A DNA stretch of 64,000 bases from Lepidodermella squamata (Eukaryota > Animalia > Gastrotricha), in NCBI GenBank assembly GCA_047495785.1, contig JBLDXI010000042.1, positions 1,922,001-1,986,000 of the forward strand, in the 5' to 3' direction. Under the pieces are notes generated by a model. That model was given only the letters and a program-made list of their open reading frames with translations, was not told the DNA's origin and searched no databases. Position numbers and translations under genes: made by a program. Below are positions 41,501-54,692 of this stretch, one piece after another (within the stretch, counting starts at the first letter, position 1; each line of letters opens with the position of its first letter).

Positions 41501-44500
41501 GTGACATTAGTCCCCCGTGGACATAACTCCCCCGGTGGAGTATTGATTCCTTGGAATTATTAGACAGCTGAGGACCTGCTTTACAGGATAGACCAGAAGC
41601 GGGAATTTTCTTGGTATTAATTTCGCATAAATTCATTGGTTGAAATTGGTTGTTGTTGGTGTTTGGAACTTTCAGTGCGAGCGACCACAATGAACAGACA
41701 CGACGCGTGCTGTCTGCAAGGCATTGTCGATTTCCATTCGAGCAATGAATTTTGTACAAATTTCAGTGCGAGGGACAAGAATGAACAGACACGACGCGAT
41801 CTGTCTGCGTGCAATGCATTTGTTTAATGTTCTGTGCTTGTGACATCAATCGTCCAATCAGAGAACGCATTTTTCCCGCTAAAAAATCTTAAACACAATG
41901 TCGTCAACGCGAGAAGTGAAATGACCATTATAACCCAAACCGTGTGACATTAGTCCCCCGTGGACATAACTCCCCCGGTGGAGTATTGATTCCTTGGAAT
42001 TATTAGACAGCTGAGGACCTGCTATACAGGATAGACCAGAAGCGGGAATTTTCTTGGTATTAATTTCGCATAAATTCATTGGTTGAAATTGGTTGTTGTT
42101 GGTGTTTGGAACTTTCTGTGCGAGCGACCACAATGAACAGACACGACGCGTTCTGTCTGCAAGGCATTGTCGATTTCCATTCGAGCAATGAATTTTGTAC
42201 AAATTTCAGTGCGAGGGACAAGAATGAACAGACACGACGCGATCTGTCTGCGTGCAATGCATTTGTTTAATGTTCTGTGCTTGTGACATCAATCGTCCAA
42301 TCAGAGAACGCATTTTTCCCGCTAAAAAATCTCAAACACAATGTCGTCAACGCGAGAAGTGAAATGACCATTATAACCCAAACCGTGTGACATTAGTCCC
42401 CCGTGGACATAACTCCCCCGGTGGAGTATTGATTCCTTGGAATTATTAGACAGCTGAGGACCTGCTTTACAGGATAGACCAGAAGCGGGAATTTTCTTGG
42501 TATTAATTTCGCATAAATTCATTGGTTGAAATTGGTTGTTGTTGGTGTTTGGAACTTTCTGTGCGAGCGACCACAATGAACAGACACGACGCGTTCTGTC
42601 TGCAAGGCATTGTCGATTTCCATTCGAGCAATGAATTTTGTACAAATTTCAGTGCGAGCGACCACAATGAACAGACACGACGCGATCTGTCTGCGTGCAA
42701 TGCATTTGTTTTATGTTCTGTGCTTGCGACATCAATCGTCCAATCAGAGAACGCATTTTTCCCGCTAAAAAATCTCAAACACAATGTCGTCAACGCGAGA
42801 AGTGAAATGACCATTATAACCCAAACCGTGTGACATTAGTCCCCCGTGGACATAACTCCCCCGGTGGAGTATTGATTCCTTGGAATTATTAGACAGCTGA
42901 GGACCTGCTTTACAGGATAGACCAGAAGCGGGAATTTTCTTGGTATTAATTTCGCATAAATTCATTGGTTGAAATTGGTTGTTGTTGGTGTTTGGAACTT
43001 TCAGTGCGAGCGACCACAATGAACAGACACGACGCGTGCTGTCTGCAAGGCATTGTCGATTTCCATTCGAGCAATGAATTTTGTACAAATTTCAGTGCGA
43101 GGGACAAGAATGAACAGACACGACGCGATCTGTCTGCGTGCAATGCATTTGTTTAATGTTCTGTGCTTGTGACATCAATCGTCCAATCAGAGAACGCATT
43201 TTTCCCGCTAAAAAATCTTAAACACAATGTCGTCAACGCGAGAAGTGAAATGACCATTATAACCCAAACCGTGTGACATTAGTCCCCCGTGGACATAACT
43301 CCCCCGGTGGAGTATTGATTCCTTGGAATTATTAGACAGCTGAGGACCTGCTTTACAGGATAGACCAGAAGCGGGAATTTTCTTGGTATTAATTTCGCAT
43401 AAATTCATTGGTTGAAATTGGTTGTTGTTGGTGTTTGGAACTTTCTGTGCGAGCGACCACAATGAACAGACACGACGCGTGCTGTCTGCAAGGCATTGTC
43501 GATTTCCATTCGAGCAATGAATTTTGTACAAATTTCAGTGCGAGGGACAAGAATGAACAGACACGACGCGATCTGTCTGCGTGCAATGCATTTGTTTAAT
43601 GTTCTGTGCTTGTGACATCAATCGTCCAATCAGAGAACGCATTTTTCCCGCTAAAAAATCTTAAACACAATGTCGTCAACGCGAGAAGTGAAATGACCAT
43701 TATAACCCAAACCGTGTGACATTAGTCCCCCGTGGACATAACTCCCCCGGTGGAGTATTGATTCCTTGGAATTATTAGACAGCTGAGGACCTGCTATACA
43801 GGATAGACCAGAAGCGGGAATTTTCTTGGTATTAATTTCGCATAAATTCATTGGTTGAAATTGGTTGTTGTTGGTGTTTGGAACTTTCTGTGCGAGCGAC
43901 CACAATGAACAGACACGACGCGTTCTGTCTGCAAGGCATTGTCGATTTCCATTCGAGCAATGAATTTTGTACAAATTTCAGTGCGAGGGACAAGAATGAA
44001 CAGACACGACGCGATCTGTCTGCGTGCAATGCATTTGTTTAATGTTCTGTGCTTGTGACATCAATCGTCCAATCAGAGAACGCATTTTTCCCGCTAAAAA
44101 ATCTCAAACACAATGTCGTCAACGCGAGAAGTGAAATGACCATTATAACCCAAACCGTGTGACATTAGTCCCCCGTGGACATAACTCCCCCGGTGGAGTA
44201 TTGATTCCTTGGAATTATTAGACAGCTGAGGACCTGCTTTACAGGATAGACCAGAAGCGGGAATTTTCTTGGTATTAATTTCGCATAAATTCATTGGTTG
44301 AAATTGGTTGTTGTTGGTGTTTGGAACTTTCTGTGCGAGCGACCACAATGAACAGACACGACGCGTTCTGTCTGCAAGGCATTGTCGATTTCCATTCGAG
44401 CAATGAATTTTGTACAAATTTCAGTGCGAGCGACCACAATGAACAGACACGACGCGATCTGTCTGCGTGCAATGCATTTGTTTTATGTTCTGTGCTTGCG

Positions 44501-47500
44501 ACATCAATCGTCCAATCAGAGAACGCATTTTTCCCGCTAAAAAATCTCAAACACAATGTCGTCAACGCGAGAAGTGAAATGACCATTATAACCCAAACCG
44601 TGTGACATTAGTCCCCCGTGGACATAACTCCCCCGGTGGAGTATTGATTCCTTGGAATTATTAGACAGCTGAGGACCTGCTTTACAGGATAGACCAGAAG
44701 CGGGAATTTTCTTGGTATTAATTTCGCATAAATTCATTGGTTGAAATTGGTTGTTGTTGGTGTTTGGAACTTTCAGTGCGAGCGACCACAATGAACAGAC
44801 ACGACGCGTGCTGTCTGCAAGGCATTGTCGATTTCCATTCGAGCAATGAATTTTGTACAAATTTCAGTGCGAGGGACAAGAATGAACAGACACGACGCGA
44901 TCTGTCTGCGTGCAATGCATTTGTTTAATGTTCTGTGCTTGTGACATCAATCGTCCAATCAGAGAACGCATTTTTCCCGCTAAAAAATCTTAAACACAAT
45001 GTCGTCAACGCGAGAAGTGAAATGACCATTATAACCCAAACCGTGTGACATTAGTCCCCCGTGGACATAACTCCCCCGGTGGAGTATTGATTCCTTGGAA
45101 TTATTAGACAGCTGAGGACCTGCTTTACAGGATAGACCAGAAGCGGGAATTTTCTTGGTATTAATTTCGCATAAATTCATTGGTTGAAATTGGTTGTTGT
45201 TGGTGTTTGGAACTTTCTGTGCGAGCGACCACAATGAACAGACACGACGCGTGCTGTCTGCAAGGCATTGTCGATTTCCATTCGAGCAATGAATTTTGTA
45301 CAAATTTCAGTGCGAGGGACAAGAATGAACAGACACGACGCGATCTGTCTGCGTGCAATGCATTTGTTTAATGTTCTGTGCTTGTGACATCAATCGTCCA
45401 ATCAGAGAACGCATTTTTCCCGCTAAAAAATCTTAAACACAATGTCGTCCACGCGAGAAGTGAAATGACCATTATAACCCAAACCGTGTGACATTAGTCC
45501 CCCGTGGACATAACTCCCCCGGTGGAGTATTGATTCCTTGGAATTATTAGACAGCTGAGGACCTGCTTTACAGGATAGACCAGAAGCGGGAATTTTCTTG
45601 GTATTAATTTCGCATAAATTCATTGGTTGAAATTGGTTGTTGTTGGTGTTTGGAACTTTCAGTGCGAGCGACCACAATGAACAGACACGACGCGTGCTGT
45701 CTGCAAGGCATTGTCGATTTCCATTCGAGCAATGAATTTTGTACAAATTTCAGTGCGAGGGACAAGAATGAACAGACACGACGCGATCTGTCTGCGTGCA
45801 ATGCATTTGTTTAATGTTCTGTGCTTGTGACATCAATCGTCCAATCAGAGAACGCATTTTTCCCGCTAAAAAATCTTAAACACAATGTCGTCAACGCGAG
45901 AAGTGAAATGACCATTATAACCCAAACCGTGTGACATTAGTCCCCCGTGGACATAACTCCCCCGGTGGAGTATTGATTCCTTGGAATTATTAGACAGCTG
46001 AGGACCTGCTATACAGGATAGACCAGAAGCGGGAATTTTCTTGGTATTAATTTCGCATAAATTCATTGGTTGAAATTGGTTGTTGTTGGTGTTTGGAACT
46101 TTCTGTGCGAGCGACCACAATGAACAGACACGACGCGTTCTGTCTGCAAGGCATTGTCGATTTCCATTCGAGCAATGAATTTTGTACAAATTTCAGTGCG
46201 AGGGACAAGAATGAACAGACACGACGCGATCTGTCTGCGTGCAATGCATTTGTTTAATGTTCTGTGCTTGTGACATCAATCGTCCAATCAGAGAACGCAT
46301 TTTTCCCGCTAAAAAATCTTAAACACAATGTCGTCAACGCGAGAAGTGAAATGACCATTATAACCCAAACCGTGTGACATTAGTCCCCCGTGGACATAAC
46401 TCCCCCGGTGGAGTATTGATTCCTTGGAATTATTAGACAGCTGAGGACCTGCTTTACAGGATAGACCAGAAGCGGGAATTTTCTTGGTATTAATTTCGCA
46501 TAAATTCATTGGTTGAAATTGGTTGTTGTTGGTGTTTGGAACTTTCAGTGCGAGCGACCACAATGAACAGACACGACGCGATCTGTCTGCGTGCAATGCA
46601 TTTGTTTAATGTTCTGTGCTTGTGACATCAATCGTCCAATCAGAGAACGCATTTTTCCCGCTAAAAAATCTTAAACACAATGTCGTCAACGCGAGAAGTG
46701 AAATGACCATTATAACCCAAACCGTGTGACATTAGTCCCCCGTGGACATAACTCCCCCGGTGGAGTATTGATTCCTTGGAATTATTAGACAGCTGAGGAC
46801 CTGCTTTACAGGATAGACCAGAAGCGGGAATTTTCTTGGTATTAATTTCGCATAAATTCATTGGTTGAAATTGGTTGTTGTTGGTGTGTGGAACTTTCTG
46901 TGCGAGCGACCACAATGAACAGACACGACGCGTGCTGTCTGCAAGGCATTGTCGATTTCCATTCGAGCAATGAATTTTGTACAAATTTCAGTGCGAGGGA
47001 CAAGAATGAACAGACACGACGCGATCTGTCTGCGTGCAATGCATTTGTTTAATGTTCTGTGCTTGTGACATCAATCGTCCAATCAGAGAACGCATTTTTC
47101 CCGCTAAAAAATCTTAAACACAATGTCGTCCACGCGAGAAGTGAAATGACCATTATAACCCAAACCGTGTGACATTAGTCCCCCGTGGACATAACTCCCC
47201 CGGTGGAGTATTGATTCCTTGGAATTATTAGACAGCTGAGGACCTGCTTTACAGGATAGACCAGAAGCGGGAATTTTCTTGGTATTAATTTCGCATAAAT
47301 TCATTGGTTGAAATTGGTTGTTGTTGGTGTTTGGAACTTTCAGTGCGAGCGACCACAATGAACAGACACGACGCGTGCTGTCTGCAAGGCATTGTCGATT
47401 TCCATTCGAGCAATGAATTTTGTACAAATTTCAGTGCGAGGGACAAGAATGAACAGACACGACGCGATCTGTCTGCGTGCAATGCATTTGTTTAATGTTC

Positions 47501-50500
47501 TGTGCTTGTGACATCAATCGTCCAATCAGAGAACGCATTTTTCCCGCTAAAAAATCTTAAACACAATGTCGTCAACGCGAGAAGTGAAATGACCATTATA
47601 ACCCAAACCGTGTGACATTAGTCCCCCGTGGACATAACTCCCCCGGTGGAGTATTGATTCCTTGGAATTATTAGACAGCTGAGGACCTGCTATACAGGAT
47701 AGACCAGAAGCGGGAATTTTCTTGGTATTAATTTCGCATAAATTCATTGGTTGAAATTGGTTGTTGTTGGTGTTTGGAACTTTCTGTGCGAGCGACCACA
47801 ATGAACAGACACGACGCGTTCTGTCTGCAAGGCATTGTCGATTTCCATTCGAGCAATGAATTTTGTACAAATTTCAGTGCGAGGGACAAGAATGAACAGA
47901 CACGACGCGATCTGTCTGCGTGCAATGCATTTGTTTAATGTTCTGTGCTTGTGACATCAATCGTCCAATCAGAGAACGCATTTTTCCCGCTAAAAAATCT
48001 CAAACACAATGTCGTCAACGCGAGAAGTGAAATGACCATTATAACCCAAACCGTGTGACATTAGTCCCCCGTGGACATAACTCCCCCGGTGGAGTATTGA
48101 TTCCTTGGAATTATTAGACAGCTGAGGACCTGCTTTACAGGATAGACCAGAAGCGGGAATTTTCTTGGTATTAATTTCGCATAAATTCATTGGTTGAAAT
48201 TGGTTGTTGTTGGTGTTTGGAACTTTCTGTGCGAGCGACCACAATGAACAGACACGACGCGTTCTGTCTGCAAGGCATTGTCGATTTCCATTCGAGCAAT
48301 GAATTTTGTACAAATTTCAGTGCGAGCGACCACAATGAACAGACACGACGCGATCTGTCTGCGTGCAATGCATTTGTTTTATGTTCTGTGCTTGCGACAT
48401 CAATCGTCCAATCAGAGAACGCATTTTTCCCGCTAAAAAATCTTAAACACAATGTCGTCCACGCGAGAAGTGAAATGACCATTATAACCCAAACCGTGTG
48501 ACATTAGTCCCCCGTGGACATAACTCCCCCGGTGGAGTATTGATTCCTTGGAATTATTAGACAGCTGAGGACCTGCTTTACAGGATAGACCAGAAGCGGG
48601 AATTTTCTTGGTATTAATTTCGCATAAATTCATTGGTTGAAATTGGTTGTTGTTGGTGTTTGGAACTTTCTGTGCGAGCGACCACAATGAACAGACACGA
48701 CGCGTGCTGTCTGCAAGGCATTGTCGATTTCCATTCGAGCAATGAATTTTGTACAAATTTCAGTGCGAGGGACAAGAATGAACAGACACGACGCGATCTG
48801 TCTGCGTGCAATGCATTTGTTTAATGTTCTGTGCTTGTGACATCAATCGTCCAATCAGAGAACGCATTTTTCCCGCTAAAAAATCTTAAACACAATGTCG
48901 TCAACGCGAGAAGTGAAATGACCATTATAACCCAAACCGTGTGACATTAGTCCCCCGTGGACATAACTCCCCCGGTGGAGTATTGATTCCTTGGAATTAT
49001 TAGACAGCTGAGGACCTGCTATACAGGATAGACCAGAAGCGGGAATTTTCTTGGTATTAATTTCGCATAAATTCATTGGTTGAAATTGGTTGTTGTTGGT
49101 GTTTGGAACTTTCTGTGCGAGCGACCACAATGAACAGACACGACGCGTTCTGTCTGCAAGGCATTGTCGATTTCCATTCGAGCAATGAATTTCGTACAAA
49201 TTTCAGTGCGAGGGACAAGAATGAACAGACACGACGCGATCTGTCTGCGTGCAATGCATTTGTTTAATGTTCTGTGCTTGTGACATCAATCGTCCAATCA
49301 GAGAACGCATTTTTCCCGCTAAAAAATCTCAAACACAATGTCGTCAACGCGAGAAGTGAAATGACCATTATAACCCAAACCGTGTGACATTAGTCCCCCG
49401 TGGACATAACTCCCCCGGTGGAGTATTGATTCCTTGGAATTATTAGACAGCTGAGGACCTGCTTTACAGGATAGACCAGAAGCGGGAATTTTCTTGGTAT
49501 TAATTTCGCATAAATTCATTGGTTGAAATTGGTTGTTGTTGGTGTTTGGAACTTTCAGTGCGAGCGACCACAATGAACAGACACGACGCGTGCTGTCTGC
49601 AAGGCATTGTCGATTTCCATTCGAGCAATGAATTTTGTACAAATTTCAGTGCGAGGGACAAGAATGAACAGACACGACGCGATCTGTCTGCGTGCAATGC
49701 ATTTGTTTAATGTTCTGTGCTTGTGACATCAATCGTCCAATCAGAGAACGCATTTTTCCCGCTAAAAAATCTTAAACACAATGTCGTCAACGCGAGAAGT
49801 GAAATGACCATTATAACCCAAACCGTGTGACATTAGTCCCCCGTGGACATAACTCCCCCGGTGGAGTATTGATTCCTTGGAATTATTAGACAGCTGAGGA
49901 CCTGCTATACAGGATAGACCAGAAGCGGGAATTTTCTTGGTATTAATTTCGCATAAATTCATTGGTTGAAATTGGTTGTTGTTGGTGTTTGGAACTTTCT
50001 GTGCGAGCGACCACAATGAACAGACACGACGCGTTCTGTCTGCAAGGCATTGTCGATTTCCATTCGAGCAATGAATTTCGTACAAATTTCAGTGCGAGGG
50101 ACAAGAATGAACAGACACGACGCGATCTGTCTGCGTGCAATGCATTTGTTTAATGTTCTGTGCTTGTGACATCAATCGTCCAATCAGAGAACGCATTTTT
50201 CCCGCTAAAAAATCTCAAACACAATGTCGTCAACGCGAGAAGTGAAATGACCATTATAACCCAAACCGTGTGACATTAGTCCCCCGTGGACATAACTCCC
50301 CCGGTGGAGTATTGATTCCTTGGAATTATTAGACAGCTGAGGACCTGCTTTACAGGATAGACCAGAAGCGGGAATTTTCTTGGTATTAATTTCGCATAAA
50401 TTCATTGGTTGAAATTGGTTGTTGTTGGTGTTTGGAACTTTCTGTGCGAGCGACCACAATGAACAGACACGACGCGTTCTGTCTGCAAGGCATTGTCGAT

Positions 50501-53500
50501 TTCCATTCGAGCAATGAATTTTGTACAAATTTCAGTGCGAGCGACCACAATGAACAGACACGACGCGATCTGTCTGCGTGCAATGCATTTGTTTTATGTT
50601 CTGTGCTTGCGACATCAATCGTCCAATCAGAGAACGCATTTTTCCCGCTAAAAAATCTCAAACACAATGTCGTCAACGCGAGAAGTGAAATGACCATTAT
50701 AACCCAAACCGTGTGACATTAGTCCCCCGTGGACATAACTCCCCCGGTGGAGTATTGATTCCTTGGAATTATTAGACAGCTGAGGACCTGCTTTACAGGA
50801 TAGACCAGAAGCGGGAATTTTCTTGGTATTAATTTCGCATAAATTCATTGGTTGAAATTGGTTGTTGTTGGTGTGTGGAACTTTCTGTGCGAGCGACCAC
50901 AATGAACAGACACGACGCGTTCTGTCTGCAAGGCATTGTCGATTTCCATTCGAGCAATGAATTTTGTACAAATTTCAGTGCGAGGGACAAGAATGAACAG
51001 ACACGACGCGATCTGTCTGCGTGCAATGCATTTGTTTAATGTTCTGTGCTTGCGACATCAATCGGCCAATCAGAGAACGCATTTTTCCCGCTAAAAAATC
51101 TCAAACACAATGTCGTCAACGCGAGAAGTGAAATGACCATTATAACCCAAACCGTGTGACATTAGTCCCCCGTGGACATAACTCCCCCGGTGGAGTATTG
51201 ATTCCTTGGAATTATTAGACAGCTGAGGACCTGCTTTACAGGATAGACCAGAAGCGGGAATTTTCTTGGTATTAATTTCGCATAAATTCATTGGTTGAAA
51301 TTGGTTGTTGTTGGTGTTTGGAACTTTCTGTGCGAGCGACCACAATGAACAGACACGACGCGTTCTGTCTGCAAGGCATTGTCGATTTCCATTCGAGCAA
51401 TGAATTTTGTACAAATTTCAGTGCGAGGAACAAGAATGAACAGACACGACGCGATCTGTCTGCGTGCAATGCATTTGTTTAATGTTCTGTGCTTGTGACA
51501 TCAATCGTCCAATCAGAGAACGCATTTTTCCGGCTAAAAAATCTCAAACACAATGTCGTCAACGCGAGAAGTGAAATGACCATTATAACCCAAACCGTGT
51601 GACATTAGTCCCCCGTGGACATAACTCCCCCGGTGGAGTATTGATTCCTTGGAATTATTAGACAGCTGAGGACCTGCTTTACAGGATAGACCAGAAGCGG
51701 GAATTTTCTTGGTATTAATTTCGCATAAATTCATTGGTTGAAATTGGTTGTTGTTGGTGTTTGGAACTTTCAGTGCGAGCGACCACAATGAACAGACACG
51801 ACGCGATCTGTCTGCGTGCAATGCATTTGTTTAATGTTCTGTGCTTGTGACATCAATCGTCCAATCAGAGAACGCATTTTTCCCGCTAAAAAATCTTAAA
51901 CACAATGTCGTCAACGCGAGAAGTGAAATGACCATTATAACCCAAACCGTGTGACATTAGTCCCCCGTGGACATAACTCCCCCGGTGGAGTATTGATTCC
52001 TTGGAATTATTAGACAGCTGAGGACCTGCTTTACAGGATAGACCAGAAGCGGGAATTTTCTTGGTATTAATTTCGCATAAATTCATTGGTTGAAATTGGT
52101 TGTTGTTGGTGTGTGGAACTGTCTGTGCGAGCGACCACAATGAACAGACACGACGCGTGCTGTCTGCAAGGCATTGTCGATTTCCATTCGAGCAATGAAT
52201 TTTGTACAAATTTCAGTGCGAGGGACAAGAATGAACAGACACGACGCGATCTGTCTGCGTGCAATGCATTTGTTTAATGTTCTGTGCTTGTGACATCAAT
52301 CGTCCAATCAGAGAACGCATTTTTCCCGCTAAAAAATCTCAAACACAATGTCGTCAACGCGAGAAGTGAAATGACCATTATAACCCAAACCGTGTGACAT
52401 TAGTCCCCCGTGGACATAACTCCCCCGGTGGAGTATTGATTCCTTGGAATTATTAGACAGCTGAGGACCTGCTTTACAGGATAGACCAGAAGCGGGAATT
52501 TTCTTGGTATTAATTTCGCATAAATTCATTGGTTGAAATTGGTTGTTGTTGGTGTTTGGAACTTTCTGTGCGAGCGACCACAATGAACAGACACGACGCG
52601 TTCTGTCTGCAAGGCATTGTCGATTTCCATTCGAGCAATGAATTTTGTACAAATTTCAGTGCGAGGAACAAGAATGAACAGACACGACGTGATCTGTCTG
52701 CGTGCAATGCATTTGTTTAATGTTCTGTGCTTGCGACATCAATCGTCCAATCAGAGAACGCATCGCGGAGTAATCTGACCGAGCACCGTAGGATTTCAAA
52801 ATCCCGCCGGCGGGTTTTCATTTATTAAGCGAATTCGACCTTGAAACCACCAATTTGTATGAATTGTTCGTTCGCTCCGTCGTGTTAGACTCGTCCAATT
52901 ACTCTTCCAGCAGGAATAATCGTATGCGATACGCGTGACGAGCTTTGGAATTCATCTTCCAAAGCGGATTTACTGAGGTAAAAAGGTTGCTTCCTTCAAC
53001 CTGAGAGCGAAGTAGGACCAGTGACTAAGCATTGTAGTGTAGGGTATGGGATTTGTATGGAATTTGTAGGGCCATACAATCGAATGACCCCGCAGGCTGG
53101 CGCATTCAATTCCATGACCAATTTTAGTGAATTGCGTAATAATTATGCGTTTTTTTTTAATTTTAAATTTTAATTTTAAATCAACTAAATTCCAGAAAAA
53201 AAACACACACACGTTGTCGAACTCCCCCGCGTTTGCCTGACTTCGAATGTTTACTATACTTGAAAAGATGGCCAATTATCTCACCGCTTAAAATCGCGCT
53301 ATTTTCCGTCATTTTGAACTCTAAATTCCAAATTAGTTGTAATATTAATAATGATTTGTTCCGATTTTTATGGTATCGAAATAAGCTTTGTAATTGAAAA
53401 AATACGGGCGCGTTCCATATTATCCGTAACATCGTTTTTCAGTAACATCGAAATGAAGCGATTAATTTTGCTGACGGTTCGTCATCAGTAACGCTGGTTC

Positions 53501-54692
53501 CACATGGTTCCGTCTTCGCATGTGTTGGCTTTGAAATCATGGGAAAATTGTAAATATTTTGCGATTTTATTTTCATGATTTACGGTCAAACTTGCATAGA
53601 ATTAAATAGAAGTAGAAATAAAATAGAAAATAGTAATGGTGATTCATGTGATTTTTCACTTTCGAGTGTGGCATAGAACGTGGCTCGTTACATTAAGAGA
53701 TTAAGGTCGAAACAACTGGCGATTATTCCAAAATTTGTTGAAAATCAAGGTGAGCTCGGAAAATTCCAGGCAAAATCCTGGGGCTTCATATTTGTATTCC
53801 GCTGCTACCTGTATCATTTCATTAATTTTTGAGCTCAACCTGATTTTCTAGAAATTCTGCAAAAAAGGCTCAAACTTGACGCATGTTTTGAGAGTGACCT
53901 TTGGACCCATTGTTTGAGCTACTGAAAACTGAGTGATAGACCTTGAACAAAATTAATTTAGTCATGGCGATTTCCAACCAATAAACTCAAAAAATGAGTG
54001 AGAACAAATTGGAAAGAAACCCAAAAGTCGATGGTTCATAAGAATTATCGAAATTGAAAAATATTTGGACTTTCTAAAGAATTGGGCGAATAAATGAATT
54101 TAATTTCAAAATTTCTTTTTAAATTATAATAATTGCTCTAGTAATTTTCGATGAAACTTGCTCATCAATTTGCAATATTAGGGAATTCTCTAAAGTTAGA
54201 ACTTTGCGCGACCAGGACCCCTTTTTATCAGACCAGAATTGCCGACCAGAAATTAGTTTTTTTCAATCGCTAAAAGACTCAAAATGGGCTTGGAAAAGTC
54301 GAAAAATGCCACAGAAACACGTTAAAGCTGAATTTTGCTGACAATTTCAGCCATATTCCAGTTCTAAAATAAACCCCGGCTTGTCGCAGCAGCCAAACTT
54401 CGGGGGAAAATAATTGATACTAAGGAAAATAATTGCTATTGCAAGCAGTGAAATTAGTATTTTTTAGAATTACGACAAAATAGTAGATTTTTTTCGTAAC
54501 GCTTCAGCTATGTGAAAATAGTATTCCAAAGCCTTCAAAGCGTGCTTAACTTGAAAAATCAAAGAATATGCGAAACAGATTTGAGGAAAAAAAACTAAAC
54601 GCCTGAATAGCCGATAATTGATTGTCTCAGCTTTGAATGAGGTCAGTATGATGTATTGTATGGTAGTGTATGGCATTAGCCCCTTTTAAACT

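Larger units (their letters stand above)
2872..52763. repeat. 443-bp satellite tandem array, about 96 monomers including interrupted ones; no foreign insertions from 17587 to 52763
   Basis: ORF-track positions recur with a 443-bp period (17851, 18294, 18737 ...), and monomers differ at only a few positions. Variants: 352 bp (e.g. 9060, 10298, 33356, 36809, 37604, 38399, 40641, 46309, 51534), 447 bp (12549) and +109 bp. Each monomer contains an internal direct repeat GTGCGAG...AATGAACAGACACGACGCG spaced 91 bp apart. Confidence 0.98.

Noticed and set aside
2864-52720. Hundreds of 60-144 aa ORFs (MYKIHCSNG..., MHADRSRR..., MVEIGCCW...) as a tandem gene family
   Set aside because: They overlap in several frames on both strands, often lack ATG starts, tolerate 91-bp and 4-bp indels and show no domain. 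They are translations of satellite DNA.
2872-52763. CRISPR-like array or tandem RNA-gene cluster (5S, SL RNA, snRNA, tRNA)
   Set aside because: There are no unique spacers and no cas genes, and I recognise no 5S, tRNA, U snRNA or known spliced-leader sequence in the monomer. An Infernal/Rfam scan would be decisive.
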